Source of the DNA: Microcystis aeruginosa NIES-2549 | Lineage (GTDB): Bacteria > Cyanobacteriota > Cyanobacteriia > Cyanobacteriales > Microcystaceae | Assembly (NCBI RefSeq): GCF_000981785.2 | Contig: NZ_CP011304.1 | Coordinates: 930,001-962,000, forward strand | Length of the DNA: 32,000 nt | Direction: 5' to 3' | Shown here: one piece after another, positions 8,829 to 16,090 of the stretch | Position numbering within the stretch: position 1 is the first letter of the stretch | Layout of the letters: each line of letters begins with the position of its first letter | Program-made: the position numbers and the translations under genes | Notes under the pieces: model-generated | Seen by the model: the letters and a program-made list of their open reading frames with translations, nothing else | The model's database searches: none | Told to the model about the DNA's origin: nothing

Positions 8829-9002
8829 AAGTTTTAAATTTTTATGGCTCTCTCGGAAATTGGGTGAAAAATGTTCATTATCTTACATTCAAAGATGCCC
8901 TACGCCCTTTCTTCGATAAGACTTGCTGATCAGCATAACTACAAGAGAGCGGTTTTTATTGGTCATTTTTCTGCTAATTAGCCAATTTTTTAATTATTTC
9001 CA

Positions 9003-9033
9003 CTGATTACTGATTACTGATTACTGATCACTG
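9003..9033. repeat. heptamer tandem repeat (CTGATTA)n, about 4 units, abutting the gpmI stop codon
   Basis: ctgatta ctgatta ctgatta ctgatca ctg. The minus strand reads (CAGTAAT)n, a near-inverted version of the 8777-8828 array. Confidence 0.9.
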
Positions 9034-10632
9034 TTAAAGCGAGATGCGGACGGGAGTGCGACTGGCTTTAATTTCCACCTCGGCCGGTTTAATCAGCGAT
9101 CGCCCAGTCATTTCTATCGGGACGGGAATAGAGAGAATTTCCAGGATAGTGGGGGCAATATCAGCTAAACGACCATCATCCCGCAGCTGCACATCGCCAC
9201 CGTGGCCGGGTATTTTTCTTCCTTCCCCTTCAATTAAAATTAAAGGAACGGGATTAGTCGTGTGGGCCGTCCAAGGATTACCCGACTCATCCACCATCGT
9301 TTCCGCGTTACCGTGGTCTGCGGTGATTAACACTGTTCCCCCCAATTTATTGACGCTACTTAACAACTTAGCCAAGCATAGATCCACCGTTTCCACTGCT
9401 TTCATGGCCGCGTCTAAAATGCCCGTATGACCCACCATATCGGGGTTAGCGTAATTGACTACCACGAGACTATAGATCCCCTGTTCGATCGCCCCACAGA
9501 CCGCTGCTGTCACCGCGGCTGCCGACATGGCCGGAGCTTGGTCATAGGTGGCGACTTTTGGACTGGGGATTAATTCGCGCACTTCTCCCTCAAAGGGTTT
9601 TTCTAACCCCCCATTAAAAAAGTAGGTGACGTGGGGATATTTTTCGGTTTCCGCACAACGAAACTGTTTTAATCCCTGTTGAGCGATCACCTCTCCTAAA
9701 ATATTATTTAAATTCTGGGGGGCAAAGGCCACATCTACCGGTAATTTCGGATCGTATTGGGTAAAAGTGACAAAACTGAGCGGAGAAATTAAATCTCGAT
9801 CGAAATCTTCAAAATCGGGCATAGTCAGGGCATAACATAACTGTCTAGCTCGATCGGGACGGAAATTATAGAATATCACCCCATCGCCCGCTTCGATCGC
9901 CCCCGGGGCAATTCTGGTGGGGGGAATAAATTCATCGGTAATATTTTGATCATAAAATGCCTGTAATACTTCCGTGATCGATCGCCCGTCGATACCTTGA
10001 TCACTGGTCATCACGTTATAGGCTTTTTCCACCCGATCCCAACGGCGATCCCGATCCATGGCATAATAACGGCCACTGAGAGTCACCATGCGACCGAGAC
10101 TGATTTTATTAATATGTTCTTGAATCCGTTTAATAGCGAGCATCCCGTCGGTGACATTAGTATCGCGACCATCGGTGATGACATGAATGCAGACATCGCT
10201 AATCCCTTGCACTTTCGCTAAGTCTAATAATCCCAGTAAGTGATCGAGATGGGAATGGACTCCTCCCTCGGAACACAAACCAATTAGGTGTAATTTGCTT
10301 TTTTTAGGGCGAATCTCGGCGCAGAGTTTTAATAAAGCCTGATTTTGTTGAATCGAACCATCTTCGATCGCATCGGAAATCCGTACTAACTCTTGTGGTA
10401 CAACTCGCCCCGCTCCGATATTGAGGTGGCCAACTTCCGAGTTGCCCATCTGTCCTTCTGGTAGTCCCACATCCTTAGCGGAGGTGCGGATTAGGGTGTG
10501 GGGATAAACTTCCCAGAGACTATCCATAATCGGGGTTTTCGCCATTGCGATCGCATTATCCGACCTTTGCGGGCGATAACCCCAACCATCAAGGATAACC
10601 AGTACGACTGGGGATATAGGTGCGTGGGTCAT
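9034..10632 (-). CDS. gpmI: 2,3-bisphosphoglycerate-independent phosphoglycerate mutase
   Basis: 532 aa. The N-terminus VVLVILDGWGY and the motifs GNSEVGHLNIGAGR, SEGGVHSH and ADHGNAE are diagnostic of iPGM. Confidence 0.95.
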   Translation of the reverse strand: MTHAPISPVVLVILDGWGYRPQRSDNAIAMAKTPIMDSLWEVYPHTLIRTSAKDVGLPEGQMGNSEVGHLNIGAGRVVPQELVRISDAIEDGSIQQNQALLKLCAEIRPKKSKLHLIGLCSEGGVHSHLDHLLGLLDLAKVQGISDVCIHVITDGRDTNVTDGMLAIKRIQEHINKISLGRMVTLSGRYYAMDRDRRWDRVEKAYNVMTSDQGIDGRSITEVLQAFYDQNITDEFIPPTRIAPGAIEAGDGVIFYNFRPDRARQLCYALTMPDFEDFDRDLISPLSFVTFTQYDPKLPVDVAFAPQNLNNILGEVIAQQGLKQFRCAETEKYPHVTYFFNGGLEKPFEGEVRELIPSPKVATYDQAPAMSAAAVTAAVCGAIEQGIYSLVVVNYANPDMVGHTGILDAAMKAVETVDLCLAKLLSSVNKLGGTVLITADHGNAETMVDESGNPWTAHTTNPVPLILIEGEGRKIPGHGGDVQLRDDGRLADIAPTILEILSIPVPIEMTGRSLIKPAEVEIKASRTPVRISL

Positions 10633-10738
10633 GATATACAGTCCTAAATTAAGAGTGGATTTCCATGCACTAAGATAATATCATCGAAACTTCCATTGAT
10701 CACCGGTGTCCGGGCGATCGACCAGCGAATGTCAGCAA

Positions 10739-11716
10739 ATGATGGGTATGTCTCAAAAAAACGAAACAACTGCTTTAATAATCGCTCTTTTAGCCACTGC
10801 GGGCATTTTAGGTGGAGGTTACTTCTGGCTACAAAGTCAATGTGCCGCGGGTAAAGAATTTTTTCTCTGTGGCAGCAGTAAAAGTCCGCAAAAATCGCCA
10901 ACATCGGAAAGTGCCTCCTCTCCCCTACCCCCTCCCCCCTCACCCCAGCGAGTGGTCAGTTTTGCCCCACCGACTTCTATCCCCAGTGGCACGACAATTC
11001 GCATTAACGGCTCTACCAGTATGGTACAGATTAATCAAGCCTTAAAAGCCGCTTTAACGGCCAAATTTCAGGGGGTAGAGGTCTTGACAAATGCTCAAGG
11101 ATCTGATAAGGGATTAGAGGAAGTAGCCCGGGGGGCGATCGATATTGCGGCGGTGTCACGACCTTTAACCGAGTCGGAACGCTCTCAGGGATTGGCTTCT
11201 AGTCCGATCATCCGAGATGCGATCGCTATTGTGGTGGGAGTAAAAAACCCCTTTGCGGGGGGGTTAACCACTGCCCAAGTTAGGGGTATTTTTACGGGAA
11301 AAATCACCTCTTGGTCCGAGGTGGGCGGTTCTGCTGCTACTATTCAAGTGATTAATCGTCCTCCTATTAGTGGCACTTATCAAAGTTTTCGTCAGGAAGT
11401 GCTGCAAGGGGGAGAATTTGGTACAGGAACTAATTTTAAAATGATGGATAGGGATGCCACTACCCCAATTTTGCGAGTTTTGGGACTGAATGGCATTAGT
11501 TACGCAACCTATAGCCAAATTGCCGACCAAAAAACCGTCAGAGCGCTCGCTGTGGACGGAATTTCAGCCAGTGAACCTAATTATCCCTGGCAGCGTACCC
11601 TTTACTACGTTTACAAAGAACCTGCTAGTGAAGCGGTTAAAGCTTTTATGGGTTTTGTGGCCTCTAGTGATGGTCAAGAAGCGATTTTTCGGGCTAATGA
11701 AGACCTACAAAAGTAG
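10739..11716 (+). CDS. PstS-family (PBP-like) phosphate-binding protein with N-terminal membrane anchor and Pro/Ser linker
   Basis: The track ORF starts at a GTG at 10706. The first ATGs are at 10739, 10742 and 10748. A TM helix (ALIIALLATAGILGGGYFWL) is followed by a PS-rich linker and then a periplasmic binding domain (IRINGSTSM...IDIAAVSRPLT). Confidence 0.75.
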   Translation: MMGMSQKNETTALIIALLATAGILGGGYFWLQSQCAAGKEFFLCGSSKSPQKSPTSESASSPLPPPPSPQRVVSFAPPTSIPSGTTIRINGSTSMVQINQALKAALTAKFQGVEVLTNAQGSDKGLEEVARGAIDIAAVSRPLTESERSQGLASSPIIRDAIAIVVGVKNPFAGGLTTAQVRGIFTGKITSWSEVGGSAATIQVINRPPISGTYQSFRQEVLQGGEFGTGTNFKMMDRDATTPILRVLGLNGISYATYSQIADQKTVRALAVDGISASEPNYPWQRTLYYVYKEPASEAVKAFMGFVASSDGQEAIFRANEDLQK

Positions 11717-11733
11717 TCGAGGAAAACTAACTC

Positions 11734-11842
11734 AGAAGACAAAACAGGATAGACTTTTCTCTAGTCCGATTTAGTTTGAGGGCCATGAAGGATTTATTGG
11801 CGATTTTTAGCAAGGAATTAAGCTTTTGGTTAGCGGTACTAT
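11734..11842. repeat. 109-bp direct duplicate of the mlaE upstream/5' coding region (partner at 13549-13672)
   Basis: It is near-identical to 13549-13672 except for a few substitutions and a 15-nt deletion between two ttgg microhomologies. It contains a truncated MKDLLAIFSKELS... start (ATG 11785) that ends after 23 codons. Confidence 0.9.
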
Positions 11843-11859
11843 CAAGCCATAATTAGCCA

Positions 11860-12111
11860 ATGAACAAAAAACAGAGGAAAACCTATAATGCTATTTTTGC
11901 CGATCCCATCCGTTGTAACATCGTTTGGGATGATGTCCTTAACTTAATTCAGTCATTAGGAGGTAACATTACTCAAGGCGATGGCTCAAGAGTACGATTT
12001 GACCTTAACAAAATTTCCCTCAATATTCATTCCCCTCACCCCCAAAAAGAACTAAAAAGATACCAAATTAAAGCTCGTCGTGAATTTTTAATTAAAGCAG
12101 GAGTAAATTAA
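11860..12111 (+). CDS. hicA: type II toxin HicA family
   Basis: 83 aa. The pattern KTYNAIFADPIRCNIVWDDVLNLIQSLGG...GDGSRVRF...HSPHPQKELKRYQIKARREFL matches the HicA-family consensus as I remember it. Its TAA overlaps the ATG of the next gene (TAATG). Confidence 0.75.
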   Translation: MNKKQRKTYNAIFADPIRCNIVWDDVLNLIQSLGGNITQGDGSRVRFDLNKISLNIHSPHPQKELKRYQIKARREFLIKAGVN

Positions 12112-12329
12112 TGCAATACAAAGGCTATGAAGCTGTGATTGAATACGATGAAAGCGATCGCTTATTTTTTGGTCGTGTCATCAACATAGAAGATATTATC
12201 GTTTTTGATGGTCTTTCCGTTGATGAACTAGAACAAGCTTTTAAAACTGTTATTGAACAATACTTAGCAGATTGTCAAACCCTTAATAAAAACCCTAATC
12301 AACCGACTTATCCCTTATCTTCTCATTAG
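12111..12329 (+). CDS. hicB: type II antitoxin HicB family, short form (N-terminal HicB fold only)
   Basis: 72 aa. MQYKGYEAVIEYDESDRLFFGRVINIEDIIVFDGLSVDELEQAFKTVIEQYLADC is the typical HicB N-domain. It ends where full-length HicB proteins continue into an RHH/HTH domain. Confidence 0.7.
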   Translation: MQYKGYEAVIEYDESDRLFFGRVINIEDIIVFDGLSVDELEQAFKTVIEQYLADCQTLNKNPNQPTYPLSSH

Positions 12330-12408
12330 TTAGAAGGCGATTGCGTTTTGTGGTGAGTGATTAGGCGATCGCCTATAATAATTAGGATTATTGTCAAGTT
12401 CAGCCGCT

Positions 12409-12549
12409 ATGACTACCACAAACAATCAAGAAAGAAGAAACCAGTTGATGATGAAAGAAATCATTCCTTTCGATCAACGACTAAATTCTAGATTAAATAA
12501 ACAAAAAATTACCATATTACAAGTTAATTTAGGCAAACACTACAATTGA
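12409..12549 (+). pseudogene. possible 5' remnant of a radical SAM (ArsS-like) gene
   Basis: The 46-codon ORF MTTTNNQERRNQLMMKEIIPFDQRLNSRLNKQKITILQVNLGKHYN stops where radical SAM proteins of this type carry the CxxxCxxC cluster (LQVNLGKxCN...). This rests on recognition by memory only. Confidence 0.35.
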
Positions 12550-12609
12550 TATTATAATCATTGCCATTTATAACCGCTTCTTGAGGTTCTTTACTCGGCA
12601 GATAATCGG

Positions 12610-12912
12610 CTATTGCGATTGATGTTTGACGTAGGTTCGTAATACATCATTAATTAGGTCGTGATAGCTCTTTTCTTGAGCATGATTCCTAAACCACTCA
12701 AGGATTTCTGAATCCAACCTGATACTAATTTGCTCTGTTTGTGGATTTGGTTTGACCAGTTTAGCATTCTTGAAAAATTCATCATCTAGGGGAGGAATAT
12801 CTGAATAATCAATATCCTCATCGGACATTTGCATAAATTTCTCCTGTCGCTCTTTAGGAGGCATATCAAGGGAAAATTCAGGGTTGATCATAGCGTTTTC
12901 TCTCCCGTTCAT
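12610..12912 (-). CDS. brnA: BrnA antitoxin (type II TA)
   Basis: 100 aa (or 93 aa from the internal ATG at 12891). The motifs DEDIDYSDIPPLDDEFFKNAKLV and ISIRLDSEILEWFR are typical BrnA. It overlaps the upstream brnT 3' end. Confidence 0.8.
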   Translation of the reverse strand: MNGRENAMINPEFSLDMPPKERQEKFMQMSDEDIDYSDIPPLDDEFFKNAKLVKPNPQTEQISIRLDSEILEWFRNHAQEKSYHDLINDVLRTYVKHQSQ

Positions 12913-13165
12913 TGGCTTTTCTGGCTGATATGAGACGAATGGTTTGACTTATTTGAGTATGAATAACTACGATGATCGCTTTCTTTTCTTGGGTGGCAAG
13001 CGTTATTTGCCCTATTGAAACAAATCTCGTTTCCCCATAGTTGCATCGGGTATCCTCAAAGGTCAGGATAGAAGGATCAGCGAATATAGCGATCGCTTCC
13101 TCGAAACTGATACCGTGTTTGATGAGATTGCTTTGGTTTTTATTGTTGTCCCAGTCGAAGACCAT
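12878..13165 (-). CDS. brnT: BrnT toxin (DUF497 ribonuclease toxin)
   Basis: 95 aa. FDWDNNKNQSNLIKHGISFEEAIAIFADP...ETRFVSIG...IRLISARKANERERKRY is the classic BrnT pattern. The toxin-first order is as in brnTA. Confidence 0.85.
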   Translation of the reverse strand: MVFDWDNNKNQSNLIKHGISFEEAIAIFADPSILTFEDTRCNYGETRFVSIGQITLATQEKKAIIVVIHTQISQTIRLISARKANERERKRYDQP

Positions 13166-13548
13166 ATCATCAATATATACATTTTTGTGCGTACAAGATC
13201 AAAGCATCTGAACAATCGCTTTTTCTGGGAATGAAAAGTAATTCATTGATCTATTCGGCTCTTCTGGTTTCTGTGTGGAAACGAGGTCTATACTAGAGTT
13301 CTTCCATAATTAATTTTTGAGAGGGCAAAAATGAGAAAAATAGGCATAAAATTGCATAAAATCACTAAATAGAGCATTTAATTGATTAATGCTCATTCTT
13401 AATTTTCCTGACTCCGAGACTACTGGCTCCGTTCGGCTGAGCTCACGGCCGAAGCCTTAATCCTCACCTAACGGAAGATTTTTGATTTTTGCCAGAGGTC
13501 TAGTACAAAAATTCTGCACTATCCATAGCATGGTAGGGAATGGGAGTT

Positions 13549-13672
13549 AGAAGACAAAACAGGATAGACTTTTCTCTAGTCCGATCGATTTTGAGGGCCA
13601 TGAAGGATTTATTGGCAATTTTTAGCAAGGAATTAAGCTCTTGGTTTCGGCGCTGTTGGTTAGCGGTACTAT
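13549..13672. repeat. 124-bp direct repeat, intact copy at the true mlaE 5' end (partner at 11734-11842)
   Basis: See 11734-11842. This copy is continuous with the full-length mlaE ORF. Confidence 0.9.
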
Positions 13673-14406
13673 TAACCGGCAGGGTTTTTTACTTCCTATT
13701 CACACGCAAACCCGATTGGCGCGTCACCCAAGAACAAATGGTGGCAGCTGGGCCCGCCTCGCTGATTATCGCCATGATCACGGCCGCAGTGATCGGGATG
13801 ATCTTTACTATCCAAGTGGCCCGGGAGTTCCAAGCCTTGGGCGCCGGCAGTATGGTGGGGGGAATTTTGGCCCTGGCTCTCGGTCGGGAACTCTGTCCGA
13901 TTATGATGGCGATCGTGGTAGCCGGTCGGGTAGGATCGGCTTTTGCGGCGGAAATCGGTACCATGAAGGTGACAGAGCAGATCGACGCACTCTATATGCT
14001 CAAAACCGATCCCGTGGAATATCTGGTGCTGCCGCGTTTAATTGCCTGTTGTCTGATGGTTCCCGCTTTGAGTGTTATGGCATTGCTGATCGGTTTGGGT
14101 AGCGGTTTGCTGGTCGGCCAAAGTTTATACGGGATTGCTAATTCAGTTTTTCTCGACTCGGTTCGCGGTTTTCTGCGCGTGGGAGACGTGCTGAGTGGAC
14201 CAGTTAAAGGGGTGGTTTTTGGGGCTTTAATCGCGATTATCGGCTGTAATTGGGGTTTAACGACCGATGGCGGTGCTAAAGGAGTCGGCCAAGCTACGAC
14301 CGCAGCTGTAGTCACTATGCTCTTAGCGATTTTTGTATCTAATCTGCTGATGACTTGGATCTTGTTCCAAGGATCTGGTAATAGTTCGGTTTTGTTTGGA
14401 CAGTAA
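13600..14406 (+). CDS. mlaE: MlaE/YrbE-family ABC transporter permease (TGD1/Ycf63-like lipid transport)
   Basis: The ORF is open from 13540, and the first ATG at 13600 gives 268 aa. It is multi-TM, and the motifs GAGSMVGGILALALGRELCPIMMAIVVAGRVGSAFAAEIGTMKVTEQIDAL are typical MlaE. Confidence 0.85.
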   Translation: MKDLLAIFSKELSSWFRRCWLAVLLTGRVFYFLFTRKPDWRVTQEQMVAAGPASLIIAMITAAVIGMIFTIQVAREFQALGAGSMVGGILALALGRELCPIMMAIVVAGRVGSAFAAEIGTMKVTEQIDALYMLKTDPVEYLVLPRLIACCLMVPALSVMALLIGLGSGLLVGQSLYGIANSVFLDSVRGFLRVGDVLSGPVKGVVFGALIAIIGCNWGLTTDGGAKGVGQATTAAVVTMLLAIFVSNLLMTWILFQGSGNSSVLFGQ

Positions 14407-14667
14407 TTTCAGTTAAAAACGCTCATTTTCTAGCCATTGTTCTAAGTCCTCTACTGACTGAAAATCTAATAAAGCTTCTCCTAAGTTTTCTAAATTTTCT
14501 AGAGAAAGACTTGAGAGCTTGGCGGATAATTCGGCAGAAATGCCACCTATACGCCGATTTAATTGACGTAGAAGCAAATTGATGGCTTCTTCTTGTCTTC
14601 CTTCCCCTTTGATTTCCTGATAGATGACAGATTCTTTCATAATGTCCTTCCTCAACAATTGTTGAAT
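14401..14667. repeat. about 267-bp direct repeat, copy 1 (partner at 15081-15346, roughly 90% identical by eye)
   Basis: The copy starts at the mlaE stop (cagtaa) and runs through a duplicate of the Rpn/DUF4351 gene 3' end. Confidence 0.9.
14413..14658 (-). pseudogene. stand-alone DUF4351-like fragment, a duplicate of the C-terminal 81 aa of the Rpn-family protein at 15092-15907
   Basis: LRKDIMKESVIYQEIKGEGRQEE...LENLENLGEALLDFQSVEDLEQWLENERF is near-identical to the C-terminus of the 271-aa ORF. The track start is a TTG, and the first ATG is at 14640. Confidence 0.6.
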
Positions 14668-14700
14668 ATTGATTATCCCTAGGTTGAGATTAAATTATCT

Positions 14701-15042
14701 CTAATATCCATCGGGGAAATATTTAGCAAGACAAGCGGAACAAATTCCTGCTTTGCTAAAATCATCTCCATAGTCTTGTACGTTAGCTGATGCTTGACGA
14801 CAGTAGGAACAAATTTGAAATATCGTTGCTATCGTTCTCTGTTCTTCCACATCATCAAAATCATAAAAACACTCATTACTGAGAATTTCACCGATATTGA
14901 CATCGCAACGGAATGATTCTTTAATTATGTCCAAAACTATCGACTGTTGTTCTTCAAAACTTAGGGACTGAAACGCCTTATTTTTCAAATACAATCGACC
15001 TAACATTGCATTGACGGCATAACTAGCTTGATGATCTGACAT
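14701..15042 (-). CDS. hypothetical Cys-rich protein (113 aa) with C-terminal CxxC...CxxC zinc-ribbon-like motif
   Basis: The ORF is intact, with CSYCRQ-(17 aa)-CSACLAKYF at the C-terminus. I recognise no family. Confidence 0.5.
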   Translation of the reverse strand: MSDHQASYAVNAMLGRLYLKNKAFQSLSFEEQQSIVLDIIKESFRCDVNIGEILSNECFYDFDDVEEQRTIATIFQICSYCRQASANVQDYGDDFSKAGICSACLAKYFPDGY

Positions 15043-15080
15043 AATGATAATAGAGGGAATTAATAGAATAAAAATAACCG

Positions 15081-15346
15081 CAGTAAATTAGTTAAAAACG
15101 CTCATTTTCTAGCCATTGTTCTAAGTCCTCTACTGACTGAAAATCTAATAAAGCTTCTCCTAAGTTTTCTAAATTTTCTAGAGAAAGACTTTGGATATTG
15201 GCAGATAATTCGGCAGAAATGCCACCTATACGCCGATTTAATAGACGTAAAACCAGGTTAGCCTCTCCTTCTTGTCTTCCTTCCTCTTTGATTTCCTGAT
15301 AGATGACAGATTCTTTCATAATGTCTTTCCTCAACAATTGTTGAAT
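15081..15346. repeat. about 266-bp direct repeat, copy 2 (partner at 14401-14667)
   Basis: cagtaaattagttaaaaacgctcattttctagccattgttctaagtcc... aligns with 14401 onward. Confidence 0.9.
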
Positions 15347-15907
15347 GATGTCTTTGTTTAATACTAATCCAGCGAGAATTGCGGTGGAGGCAGCCAGATT
15401 GCTTTGTTCTCGACTGTCGCTGATTTGTTCGATTTTTTGGGCGATTTGCCGCAGTAAATTCTCTTGCTCCTCAGCTTGAGCTAGTATAGCAAAGGGCAAT
15501 AGTCCTGGTGCTTGCAATAAGGGTTGATAGGGTTGTTCCCATAGTCTAATCACCTCAAATTGATGATAAGTTTTTCCCTGTTGATAGTCATTCTGTCTGA
15601 CTAGGGGTAAGGTACTCCTCCTTAGATAAATCACTACCTGATGGATAGGTTTGCCTTGATAGCGTCGATAGAGTCTTGTGGCATAATCGAGCATTCTATA
15701 GGGAATATCCTCTTTAGGGTCGGTTTGGAACTCAATATGTAAGATTAATTCTTCTGACTCTAAAAAGATTAAACTATCGGCTCTTATCGGCTCCAATGAC
15801 AACTCTGAGGGTTTAATTTCGGTTAAATCTAAAGGTTTACCTAATAACCAAGTGGCTAAATCTCTCGAATATTCCAGGGCGATAAATTTACAAGTAGAAT
15901 CATACAT
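15092..15907 (-). CDS. Rpn-family recombination-promoting nuclease/putative transposase (PD-(D/E)xK) with C-terminal DUF4351
   Basis: 271 aa. The pattern EPIRADSLIFLESEELILHIEFQTDPKEDIPYRMLDYATRLYRRY...HQVVIYL is the typical cyanobacterial Rpn/YhgA-like core. Confidence 0.8.
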   Translation of the reverse strand: MYDSTCKFIALEYSRDLATWLLGKPLDLTEIKPSELSLEPIRADSLIFLESEELILHIEFQTDPKEDIPYRMLDYATRLYRRYQGKPIHQVVIYLRRSTLPLVRQNDYQQGKTYHQFEVIRLWEQPYQPLLQAPGLLPFAILAQAEEQENLLRQIAQKIEQISDSREQSNLAASTAILAGLVLNKDIIQQLLRKDIMKESVIYQEIKEEGRQEGEANLVLRLLNRRIGGISAELSANIQSLSLENLENLGEALLDFQSVEDLEQWLENERF

Positions 15908-16090
15908 TAGTCTTGACTATATTTTACCTAAAATGTCGGATGAATGCCCCCGCTAAATTTTTCGACAAGATACTCACCTTTGCGGGGGATGAAATCCGAC
16001 CAGGATATTGACTGCGAAGCACGATTTTAATTCTACCATTTGTAGGTAAACTGTGTTATACTTAATTGATACAGGGTCGAGGATTAATCG

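Noticed and set aside
8383-8919. ORFs 8383-8712 (minus) and 8659-8919 (plus) overlapping secG and the heptamer array
   Set aside because: They overlap the well-supported secG in other frames or strands. The plus ORF simply reads through the CAGTTAT repeat (ISYQLSVISYQLS).
8777-9033. Whether the short tandem repeats here, and at 841-867, 18147-18174, 24025-24059 and 30161-30240, are CRISPR arrays
   Set aside because: The units are 7 bp and contiguous with no spacers, and no cas genes are present. They are STRR-type heptamer repeats.
10644-10943. 99-aa minus-strand ORF between gpmI and the PstS-like gene
   Set aside because: It overlaps the 5' end of the PstS-like gene on the opposite strand and has no recognisable features.
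13641-14315. Alternative-frame and antisense ORFs (13641-14102, 13689-13964, 13992-14315) within mlaE
   Set aside because: They are Arg/Gly/Pro-rich products typical of off-frame reading of a GC-richer membrane-protein gene. The mlaE frame is clearly the real one.
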